A stretch of DNA of 44,078 nt from Craspedostauros australis (Eukaryota): NCBI GenBank assembly GCA_030167865.1, contig JALAGF010000701.1, positions 1 through 44,078 of the forward strand, read 5' to 3'. The notes under the pieces are model-generated. The model was not told where the DNA came from and searched no databases. It saw only the letters and a program-made list of their open reading frames with translations. How positions within the stretch are numbered: position 1 is the first letter of the stretch; the number at the start of each line of letters is the position of its first letter. Position numbers and translations under genes: made by a program. Below, one piece after another: positions 34,912 through 44,078 of the stretch.

Positions 34912-35218
34912 ACAGGCATTGTACTGTACTCTGATTGTAGCCCAGTTGATGCGATAGCGTCGTATGCGAGCAGAGCATCCGCAAGTAGAGTGTCCCCATT
35001 CTGTTCTGTTTGGAGAAATCTCGTCCTGATCATAATGTATCAACGAATTTGCAATTCATAGGTAGATACTTCGCACACATCCTTCCTCGCTATTCCTAGC
35101 ATAACATCTCATGTCATGTTATCGTGTGCTATGGTACGAGTATTTCACCATTTGTGTTCTGTGCTGTTCTGCTCTCATCGTAGTGATGATACTACTGAGA
35201 CCCCATGCGGTGCCCGTT

Positions 35219-37924
35219 TTAAATGAGGGACTGCAGGAAGGCACCAAGGCTGGATTGCACCCGCTCACTGGATGACACGGATCCATCCACCGTCAGCACG
35301 GACACAACTTCCTTGCCATTCTTCATCTTCACCTCCAGGACTTCTGGCAGGTTGCCCATCACGCCGTTGCTCATGCCGACATCGATCCTCCACGCCTTGC
35401 CGTCGACGACACCGTTGATCCGGCGTTGCACGCTATGCCCCATCACCATGCGATCCGCGTCAAGGTAGTCCAGGCAGTCTTCCAACAGATCCACTGCTTC
35501 CTTGTCGCCCAAAGGCACGTCGGGTGGACTGGAGTAATCGCGCATCCACACGGGCGTGCGTTGGCCGATGCCGCCCATCAGAAAAGAGGGAGCTTGGGAG
35601 ACGGTCAAGTTGTACCGTTCGTTGGCCTTGTCCATGACTTCATCGAGGGTCTTGTAGGACCCGAAGTTGTTGAAGGTCGCGTTGGTTTGGGTGATCCATT
35701 CCCGCGCCTGGCGGTTCATGCCGGCGATGCCCCCGTGTTCCTCCAGCTGCTCGGTGGTCAACCCGGCGTGCACGCAGACGGTCTTGCCGACTTTCACTGC
35801 CAATTTCATCTTGGAGAGGAAGGGTTCAGCCAAGATGCCACCGGGCTCATACGTTGCCCAGCGCGCTGGTTGGTTGCCACCGAACTGTACTCTCCAGCGC
35901 TGCGTTTCGAGGGACGATTCGTCGAGGCGCTTGCCGATGATCTTCTCGTACTCCTGATCATCCGTGGTGTACTGGAAGAGCCCGACGTTGTTCATCGCTT
36001 CGTGGTTGCCGTACAGCATGATGATGGCACCGCCGGCCTCCTTGGCCTCACGTGACAGCTTGGCGAGCAACGAGAGGCTGGAGAGTTCTTCCGAGCCTCT
36101 GTCGAGGACGTCGCCGCATTGCACGACGATCGTATTGCCACCGGACCACTTCAGGTCGTTACCAGAAGCGGTGTCATCACTGCTGATCCTGCCGAGAAGG
36201 GAGCTGATGAAGCTTGGCTCGGGCTTCGAGACCACTCCGGCGATGGAAAGGCTCTCACGCAGAGCATCCATGTCACCGTGAATATCACCAATGCACACCA
36301 GGCGCTGGCCTTCCTTGAGCGGTATCTCGTCCTCTGGCGGTGAAACGAATTTGAAGTCATCAAGGTTCACCAGGGACGCCAGAGTTGTGTTGGCGTCCGG
36401 GTCCTTCATCAACTCTTCCAGAAGAGACTGGACCGAGCTCTCATCCGATGTGGACGTTGTTGTGACGATTTCGGCATCGATGTAGCCCGGATCTTCATCA
36501 TACTTCGTCTTCTTGGAAGATACGTCCTTCTTTTTGGCCGCACTAGCCATACCATAGTCTTTGGCATCGTAATCATCAATGATGATTACGTCCGCAGATT
36601 CCATTGCCTCGACTGCCGACGACAGCGATGACATGGCGGCGGTGGCAGTTGCAGTTGCCGTCGCAGCGGTGGAAGTCTGGTTTGTTGTTGTTGCGGTTGG
36701 CGAAGCTTGCGGTTCATTCATCGCATCCATTTCTTGAATTTGATCAAGGGTATCTTCGAAGAACATCTTCTCATCTTCCTCTTCATCGTCATCTTCATCA
36801 ATTTCATCCTCAACCTCATCAATGGCATCAACCTCGTCAATGCCATCATCTTCTTCTGCCACTTCCGTCACAACTTCTTCGTCAGCAGTGTCGTCTTCCA
36901 GAGCAACGACATTTGATTCCGCAGAGGTTGCAGTGATATTTTCGCCAATTTCGTCTTGGACGACTGTTTCTTCGGCGTTGAGCTCACGGAGCTCCGCCTC
37001 ATAAGCTGCCGTGATGTTGGCAGCCGTAGCGGTGATTTCAGGTTCCGCTACCAGTGTGTCGCTGGATTCGGACGAAACGTCATCTTGCACCTCATCGACT
37101 TGCTCGTCGATGACAGCGGCCTCAGGTTCAGCCACGATTGCTACTTCTGGTTCGACTGCCTCGTCTTCCACCAAGTTTGACTCGACTTCCATCTGCACAT
37201 GATCGTTGTCATTCTCGATCTGTGCTTGCGTCTGTGGCGGCTCTGTTTGCTCCACTGCCTCTGGTTCTGGCTCTGCCTGCATGAGCTCTGGTTCTGGTTC
37301 CGGCTGCTGCAGTTCCTGCGGCTGTTGCTGCGACGCGGCTTGATCGATGTTTGTGTCATCTACAAAGAAAGTATCAGGAGACTGCTCCTGTAAAATGTGT
37401 TCCACTTGTGGCTGCTGCTGGTGCAGGACATGATGGCCATCATCGTCGTCGTCGCCGTTGTTGTCGTTATGCTTGTTCATGTTGGCTGGTTCGTAGGCTT
37501 CCAAATCAGTGACAAACACGAGCATGTCGTAATCATACTCGAAGTCTGGGTCGCGCTCCATGCACAGGGGGAATGCATCGTTCGTGACGAGGAGGTTGGA
37601 TGTCGATTCCTCCGCGCCTCTGTCCGGACCGAAGAGCGTAGTGGACGATCGGAAGCTCTGGCTGCGGCTGCGACCCATGGTGAGGTGGCGCGTGGCCATG
37701 CTGTTGCCATCGCTGGTGCTGGGCCGATCCTGGCTGCGTGATGCGACCGTCCTGGTGCCCCAACCTGTCACGCCATGATTGGTGAAGGCTGTCGTCCTGC
37801 CTGCGCCCATCTGGGAGTCGCCGAATCTCCACGCATGGTGCGGTTGGTGAGAGACGCAGATCAGCAACATGAGCACCCGCATTGGGAGGCTTGCTGGTTG
37901 CTGTCCCGTCATTGGGGTCGTCAT
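35219..37924 (-). CDS. Shewanella-like protein phosphatase (SLP/Shelph, PPP-type metallophosphoesterase) with long acidic N-terminal extension
   Basis: IGDIHGD, GDVLDRG, GNHE, HAG, PVWMR, MGHS, and the SLP-type motif RIDVGMS. Start is uncertain (37924 or 37882). Confidence 0.88.
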   Translation of the reverse strand: MTTPMTGQQPASLPMRVLMLLICVSHQPHHAWRFGDSQMGAGRTTAFTNHGVTGWGTRTVASRSQDRPSTSDGNSMATRHLTMGRSRSQSFRSSTTLFGPDRGAEESTSNLLVTNDAFPLCMERDPDFEYDYDMLVFVTDLEAYEPANMNKHNDNNGDDDDDGHHVLHQQQPQVEHILQEQSPDTFFVDDTNIDQAASQQQPQELQQPEPEPELMQAEPEPEAVEQTEPPQTQAQIENDNDHVQMEVESNLVEDEAVEPEVAIVAEPEAAVIDEQVDEVQDDVSSESSDTLVAEPEITATAANITAAYEAELRELNAEETVVQDEIGENITATSAESNVVALEDDTADEEVVTEVAEEDDGIDEVDAIDEVEDEIDEDDDEEEDEKMFFEDTLDQIQEMDAMNEPQASPTATTTNQTSTAATATATATAAMSSLSSAVEAMESADVIIIDDYDAKDYGMASAAKKKDVSSKKTKYDEDPGYIDAEIVTTTSTSDESSVQSLLEELMKDPDANTTLASLVNLDDFKFVSPPEDEIPLKEGQRLVCIGDIHGDMDALRESLSIAGVVSKPEPSFISSLLGRISSDDTASGNDLKWSGGNTIVVQCGDVLDRGSEELSSLSLLAKLSREAKEAGGAIIMLYGNHEAMNNVGLFQYTTDDQEYEKIIGKRLDESSLETQRWRVQFGGNQPARWATYEPGGILAEPFLSKMKLAVKVGKTVCVHAGLTTEQLEEHGGIAGMNRQAREWITQTNATFNNFGSYKTLDEVMDKANERYNLTVSQAPSFLMGGIGQRTPVWMRDYSSPPDVPLGDKEAVDLLEDCLDYLDADRMVMGHSVQRRINGVVDGKAWRIDVGMSNGVMGNLPEVLEVKMKNGKEVVSVLTVDGSVSSSERVQSSLGAFLQSLI

Positions 37925-38456
37925 CTTGCACTGCCCTTTCCTGTCCTGTCTTATGTTCAGTTGTGTTGTGCTCTGTTGCGATGTGTTGTGTTGTCCCGTG
38001 GTCCGGTGTGATGGGCGCGCTATTGATGGGAGCACTGCTGATGTTGTGGTGTCAGAAGGACTGCGTGATGTGCAGAATTGAAGGAATTGGCGGAATTGCC
38101 TGGTGATGGGTGGCTGGAAGAAAGACTTGTCCACCTGACCATGTTCTTTGGGATTGTTGTCCACAAGAGAGAGAGGGAGAGAGAGAGTTGGTCTCCCGAT
38201 GCTCCAATCAGAGAGGAGAGGAATTAAATTCAATCAAATCACATCAAGATCAAGCAACAGTGGATTGGACTCCTCGTGCTCGCACTTCCACAACGAAGGG
38301 AGACAGAAGGACGTCGATGGTAGTGCTGGTGGCGACAACGCTGGTGACGATTGGTGGCGGCCGTTGGATGGCGAGGGTGCGAGAGAGGAATTGCGGATGA
38401 TGGGATGTTGCGCACGTTGCTTCGGCGTCAGCCATCAACAAATCAAACACGAACAA

Positions 38457-38535
38457 TGACGTCCTCCAAAATTGCGAACGGTGGGCGATGTCATCTGCCA
38501 AAAAAAGCAACATCTGGCTATGACAAATGACGTCA
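38457..38535. promoter_or_regulatory. Two TGACGT (CRE/CCRE-type bZIP) motifs upstream of the SLP gene
   Basis: TGACGT at 38457 and full palindrome TGACGTCA at 38528. Confidence 0.35.
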
Positions 38536-39413
38536 GATACGAGGTCTCCTCAACAGAAACAGAACAAAATACACCCTTTGAAATCCTTCAGAGTACATCC
38601 ATTCTCCACCTCAGTACCTCTGTTTGAACGGGTACTATTAGAGAACAATTTTGTAGGACAATATTGGGCTAAGTAATATCGTCATAAATGCCTTCCCAAC
38701 CTAGATTATTCCGACGTTGTTTCGTGGAGATTCGAGATGATCGTACCATACTCTTGTCGTAGGCATGATGCATGAGGGCACGATAGTATGGTGCATGTAC
38801 TCCGACTGGACCAGTCGTCTCCGCAGTCTAAATACTCTGCGATCTCTGTCGAGAGAGGAGCAGAGAGCCACGCTATTTATGATAAGTCGAACTTGGCATC
38901 AGCTGAAGTCTTGGATGCATTGAGATGAGGGACATTAGGTCCTACCCAACGGTTGGAGGAACAAGGTCACGTAGGAGTGGGTGGATTGTGTGGACCGGCT
39001 GAGCCCAAATCGCCGACCTTTCTGTGCTGTTGGTTCCTGGGATGAGGTTGCCTTGTTCACCAGTGTCATCAAGTGTCACCAGCGATGGAGCAACGCATAC
39101 ATACATGCATACGTGCTCTGCTCTGGCATAGTCGGTATCGTTTCTTCTGTGTTGTTCTGATGGATCATCGAGGAAATTGGAACAACTCATCACAATGTAC
39201 CATCTCCGTCGACTTCATAATTTCATCATCATCGTCGCATCCGCCATCTGCACAAGATTAGCTCGCACCATATTCGCATCATTTTGATGTGTGACATCAC
39301 AACGCAGAGATGGTACAGTCAAGGCAACGCCATTTCCACACACGTACGTGCAGAGACTGGTGACTTCTACGCACGAAAAGACACGCAGGCCCCTTCTCTC
39401 TACGAGTAGAGAA

Positions 39414-39431
39414 AGAGAGAGAGAGAGAGAG
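39414..39431. repeat. (AG)n microsatellite
   Basis: Visible run; similar runs at about 450, 3352 and 40705. Confidence 0.9.
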
Positions 39432-40704
39432 GGGGGAGAGCACCACACAACCACGTTATCACCGAGCATAGAACAACTCTGAACATGACAAGGACGCTGC
39501 CTTGGTTTGTTGCGCACCTACATGTAATACCACACATGGAGTAGAGTGCATGAGATGAATCACCTACTCTACGCTACGCTGGTCCGTGCACTCATGTCCA
39601 ACACGACACATGACCGCTATCAATGAACGCATCGAAGCAGAGAATCGCCAAAGACATGAGGTTGCCCGGTCGGACCCATCCCCCCCAAAACACTTCACAG
39701 CAATGGCACGTGCACTGTCCGATGCCAAAGTACAGGCAGTCGAGTGCGCGGTTGCGGACAGTGTCCCACCCTCAATACTCTACATGCTCAACGAGTGCTT
39801 GACACCAACTGTGGAGCTGCCAACAGGGAACTTTCCCATCTATGGAACTTGAAACGATCCGGCAATGCAGAACATGGGACAAGAGGGGCAGCAGAGCACC
39901 TCACAACGCAGCACAGTTGGGCATGGTGGATTATTCAGCCCACATTGTTGAATAGCAAGGCACCACGCAGTGACGAGCTATCGGTATTCGATGAAACACA
40001 ACGAAACGATCAGCGCCATGGCGATCGTCGGCAGCAAGCTTGGTGCCACGCAACCAGGAGAGCTGATCTCATCGTCACTCTCATTGGCACACACATTAGC
40101 CGATGATGCAGATAGTTGCTGCTGCTGTTGTTGCTGCTGTTGTTGACGATGCTACTGTTGCCCCAGGTTGTTGCCGATGCTACGGTTGCTCCAGGTTGTT
40201 GCCGATGCGTTGTCATCTTTTCACCTGAACGCGAAACAGACAGATCGATGTCACGCCACGAGTTGTCCACCGAAACATCGCCGACCATCAAAAGTCTGCC
40301 CAGGCAACTCAGATCGTGAGGGCGGATCAATTCTTATGTTCGACCGGCGCGCATGTGGCTTATTTACCGCAGATTGTTTGGTCTTTCGTGGTTCGCCATC
40401 GTTTCTGTCTCGTGGTCCTTTCTTCCCCGCCTTGGCTGCGTCAACCGAAGCGCCTCAAAGGCGTCGGCTTATTGTGCACGTGCCTTCTATTCCTACCATG
40501 CCACGAAGCCATCCGAATCTGGGCAGCGGTACCGGCGAGTGTGGCGATAGGAATAGAGAAAGCCGATCGAGTGCAAGCGGGGAGACGAGCCGAGAGGCAG
40601 ATGGCACCGCACTCACCCACCCGCCTGTGCATGTACCAGTATGATGTGAGCAGTTTGGAGGACATCGCTTAGTTTTAAGAGATTGGAAGATACGAGAAGA
40701 GAAC

Positions 40705-40724
40705 AGAGAGAGAGAGAGAGAGAG
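40705..40724. repeat. (AG)n microsatellite
   Basis: Visible run of 10 AG units. Confidence 0.9.
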
Positions 40725-41534
40725 GTCTGATTTTGATGCCTCGGTACGTGATGACTTGCCACAAAGCGCTGCCTTTGCCTACCTCACAGGCATCGAGGGC
40801 GAACAATGATGTGAACGACGCGGCGCGTATTGATGCGTTTTCCCCTGTTGTTTTCGTTGTTCTGCATTCGAAGTCCTCGATTCGCCAATCGCTTCATCTT
40901 TCCCGCTTGGTAGCCACCCACCCAAATTCATGCCTGAGCAGACTTGGATCAAGCCAAAAGTCTACTATCAGAACAAACTGGAACGACAAGGAATTCGCAG
41001 GCGTATAACCTATCCTCCGACCAAGCGGGGAAGCTATCGTCGCTCTTCCACAAACTACGGACGGAGCTTCAAGTGCCAGTACAATCTGCTCTCTGCCAGT
41101 GCCTGGGAAGGGTATCGTGCAACACAAGTAACCTGCTGTTGGCGGACTTGTCTTGAGATTGAAAACTGCTCTGGCTACTTCTGGGACCGGAATCTTCCCT
41201 CATCGTCATTGGAGGCGGTTCCGTTGGGAGTGTTCTTTCACTCCTCGCTTCCCCCCTTGCCCAGAAATCATCAAGATCCGCGAGCCCGAAGATCTCTGTC
41301 CCTTCGTGGGATGCGGCCAACTATTGACACTTCGCCACAGCTCACATCGAGCTCGTGGAAGGATACGGCGGAATGGGAAACACTCTTCGATTTGCCTTCA
41401 CCTCTTGGGTGAATGTCATCGTATCCTTTTCTACGATGACCCACGTCTCTCTGTGCACACCATCTCCCTTCCGCACATGATCGTGTCGCATTGCACCGCA
41501 TTGCATTGCGTCGGTAATGGGCGTGCCACATCGA

Positions 41535-41564
41535 ACTCGTACTCGTACTCGTACCAGTACTCGC
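41535..41564. repeat. (ACTCGT)n hexamer repeat containing four GTAC cores in a promoter region
   Basis: actcgt actcgt actcgt accagt actcgc, 160-190 bp upstream of ATG 41725. Confidence 0.85.
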
Positions 41565-41724
41565 ATTGCGCAGCGATGACCAGCACAGTACTACAGTAAA
41601 ATCAGGAGATACGTTCCACTATGCTGCAAATGTCAAGAGCACATCCGCACATCAATCTGCCATCCTCATAAAAAGTTCAGTTCAGCACAAATCAATACCA
41701 ACACGCAAACAACAAGCTTCCACC

Positions 41725-43104
41725 ATGAACTTCCGCAAGGCCACTTCCTTCATCGTCGCTGCCATCGCCATGGCCGCCCACGGCGCCATGGCTGCGATTG
41801 GCGATGACTACATCGACGCCGTCCCTGCCACCGTGTACGAGGCCGCCGACCTCTCTCCACAGAACATGGACTACGACAAGGCCAACAAGAAGTTCATCGC
41901 CCACGGAGGATGGTACAACAACCGCCTCGTCCACTACTACAAGTTCCGCATCTTCGCTCCAGGCACCTACCCAGATCTCATCAAGGGACCACCAAACATG
42001 AGCCCAGCCTCAGATGTCCCAATCCAGAAGGTCATGATGACAACCACCACCGGAGACTTCACCGGTGTCGTCGGAAAGCCAATCCTCGAGTTCCACACCA
42101 GCGATGGCAACTCTTACTCCGACTTCATGAACGTCAAATTCGTCATGGTTGATGCCACATACGTCGCGGACACCTTTAAGAGTGCCGGTGATGTCACTAA
42201 GAGTGGCAATACCCTCAAGGAGACCGACATCATCATGAACTTCCCAGTCGTCCCAACAGGATCCTCCCTTCAGAGCCCTGTTGACAAGACCGCAACCGCC
42301 CCCATCAAGCCCATCACCGCCTTCTACAAGGGACAGGAGGTTCAGACCTTCATCTTCGAGGTCAACAATCAGGCTGCCTTCGACTACTTCAACCCCAAAA
42401 CCCGTGATCAGCCAAACGATGCCGACTACGCCATCCCAGTCGTGACCACCTTCGCCAGCAAGACTGCCGTCACATCCATCCCACTGTGGCATGTGAACCA
42501 GTTCACTCGCGGTGTGTCTGCCGTGAAGGGCAACCAGGGAGGACCAAGCGATGCCGGTATGCGCAATCTGATCAACCTCGACCGTCCAGATGCAGGATAC
42601 TCTCCACTGTGGCAGCTGTTCTGGGTCACCGAACTCCCAATCGATTACATGGCCGATCAGATCTCCATCAACACCGAGCTTACCGCCGCCAACGGAGCCG
42701 CCTTCATCCCAACACCAATGTACGTCAACTGTCCAGATGTTGGCCCAGTCGGCACCACCGACAACGCAGACCGCCAAGAAACACACCAGCTGAAGCTCGA
42801 TCTCGCCCAGGAATCCAACTTCGTGCTTGGATCTCATGCGGACTTGCTCTTGAAAGAAGGATTGGACGTGAAGATCACCACCGAAGATGGCACCAAGGTA
42901 GCTGAGGGAAAGACCAATATCATGGGAGCATACGAGATTGAGGTGAAGTCGTCTGACATCCCGGATGGCACCACCAAGCTCAAGGTCATGTACGGAACCA
43001 AGGACATCCGCACGCTGGAGGTTGAAGACACCTCTTCTGATGCATCCAGCATGAGCGTCGGCATGGGCATGGCCACCGCCATGCTGGCCGCAACACTCAT
43101 GTAA
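41725..43104 (+). CDS. Secreted, probably GPI-anchored protein (459 aa) with two 'GWY/AFY...YSxF/W...NxP' repeats and a C-terminal beta-rich domain
   Basis: CACCATG start, signal peptide MNFRKATSFIVAAIAMAAHGAMA, internal duplication, C-terminal TSSDASS plus hydrophobic tail, and strong C-ending codon bias. Confidence 0.9.
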   Translation: MNFRKATSFIVAAIAMAAHGAMAAIGDDYIDAVPATVYEAADLSPQNMDYDKANKKFIAHGGWYNNRLVHYYKFRIFAPGTYPDLIKGPPNMSPASDVPIQKVMMTTTTGDFTGVVGKPILEFHTSDGNSYSDFMNVKFVMVDATYVADTFKSAGDVTKSGNTLKETDIIMNFPVVPTGSSLQSPVDKTATAPIKPITAFYKGQEVQTFIFEVNNQAAFDYFNPKTRDQPNDADYAIPVVTTFASKTAVTSIPLWHVNQFTRGVSAVKGNQGGPSDAGMRNLINLDRPDAGYSPLWQLFWVTELPIDYMADQISINTELTAANGAAFIPTPMYVNCPDVGPVGTTDNADRQETHQLKLDLAQESNFVLGSHADLLLKEGLDVKITTEDGTKVAEGKTNIMGAYEIEVKSSDIPDGTTKLKVMYGTKDIRTLEVEDTSSDASSMSVGMGMATAMLAATLM

Positions 43105-43348
43105 TCGCATTCGCGTTTGTCGCCCTCACATGCCTGCGCAACCGTGCTGCTCCATCATAGCGTCACCAGGAGCAGATTTGATCAGCATCCATCCTCTACA
43201 TGCTTGCTTCGCCTTCTGGCGGCTGGCAGAGAACAAATCAAATATTATATAAGAATGCTCTACAAGCCACAAATTACGAATAGTAAGTTCAAGGAGTCTC
43301 GTTGCGCCACATGAGCAGCGTGGGAAATGCTCGTTGACGCTGTTTTTG

Positions 43349-43388
43349 TCTTCGGCGAGACCGATCTTCGGCGAGACCGATCTTCGGC
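43349..43388. repeat. 16-bp tandem repeat (TCTTCGGCGAGACCGA) x2.5
   Basis: Directly visible. Confidence 0.9.
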
Positions 43389-43742
43389 AGAGTGCACGCA
43401 CGGCTACTCGAGGCATGTCACAGCAGAATGCAAGTAGAGCACCGTAAAAGCACTCGTACGATACACACCACACCACGCAGTTCACACCAAGGAACCTATC
43501 GGGCATGTAGAGCAGCCCATCCTTATCCGCACGATGGGGCAATGCCTTACGTTCAATGGCACTATCATACAACCATCAAAGCCGTGTCTTTCCTTCTCTA
43601 CTCTCGTGCGCAAATGGTCCTGTCTCACGATACTCACAGAAAAGAGGAGTACCATCCAACAGGGTACAGTGAGATAGTTGAGATTCAATAAGGGACAGAC
43701 TATTACCGAACACGGTATCAACCCGATGGGAGAAATTCCTGT

Positions 43743-43754
43743 TTTGGCGCGAAA
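43743..43754. promoter_or_regulatory. Overlapping double E2F-type site TTTGGCGCGAAA
   Basis: Reads TTTGGCGC on + and TTTCGCGC on -, both matching the TTTSSCGC consensus. Confidence 0.45.
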
Positions 43755-44078
43755 TCTTCCGACTTGATCGACCACCAAATCTTTTCTCCTCCTTTCTCTC
43801 CTCCATTCACGAATCCATCATGACTCAAACCTGACCGACCTGACTCACACCCACTTGGGAACTATATGCTCTTCAGATCCTCCTTACTACAATATACCTT
43901 GATTCCTTCATGCTGATGACTACCACACTACCACCGTGGTCTCAACATGCGTATCCAACTTGCTTCAACTCAAGCAATGGAATCCGAGGGTCAGCTTCAG
44001 CCACAGCCACTGCTTCATGACCGTCACCACTGATTGCCATGACCTACACTGCAGTGTAACTACATGTGCGGAGAGCAA

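Noticed and set aside
33784-35043. 419-aa antisense ORF
   Set aside because: Shadow of XAP5.
40930-41412. 160-aa ORF, or a pseudogene relic
   Set aside because: No recognisable homology in either strand.
42010-43110. 366-aa antisense ORF
   Set aside because: Shadow of the strongly codon-biased surface-protein gene.

Overview
Eukaryotic, intron-containing, gene-dense DNA, most likely from a pennate diatom. The evidence is GT-AG introns, 'AFAP'-type bipartite plastid presequences and diatom-type orphan domains; the species cannot be fixed from sequence alone. About 16 protein-coding genes are supported: two tandem GT61-like glycosyltransferases, an orphan membrane protein, a diatom-type Cys/His-domain protein, a GT34-like glycosyltransferase, an ethanolamine/choline kinase, an RluA-family pseudouridine synthase, two small putative plastid proteins, a 4-exon DXS, a membrane-anchored UMP-CMP/adenylate kinase, a tesmin/LIN54-like CXC protein, a histidine phosphatase, XAP5/FAM50, a Shewanella-like phosphatase with a very long acidic extension, and a strongly codon-biased secreted, probably GPI-anchored protein with two 'GWY..YSxxW..NxP' repeats. 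Many micro- and minisatellites lie between genes. No rRNA, tRNA, CRISPR or intact transposon was recognised. The best candidates for novel biology are the surface protein at 41725-43104 with its motif-rich promoter, the 1.17-kb DXS intron that splits the plastid-targeting signal, the unnamed Cys/His domains, and gene-conversion tracts between the GT61 paralogs. Family names come from motif recall, not from database searches.
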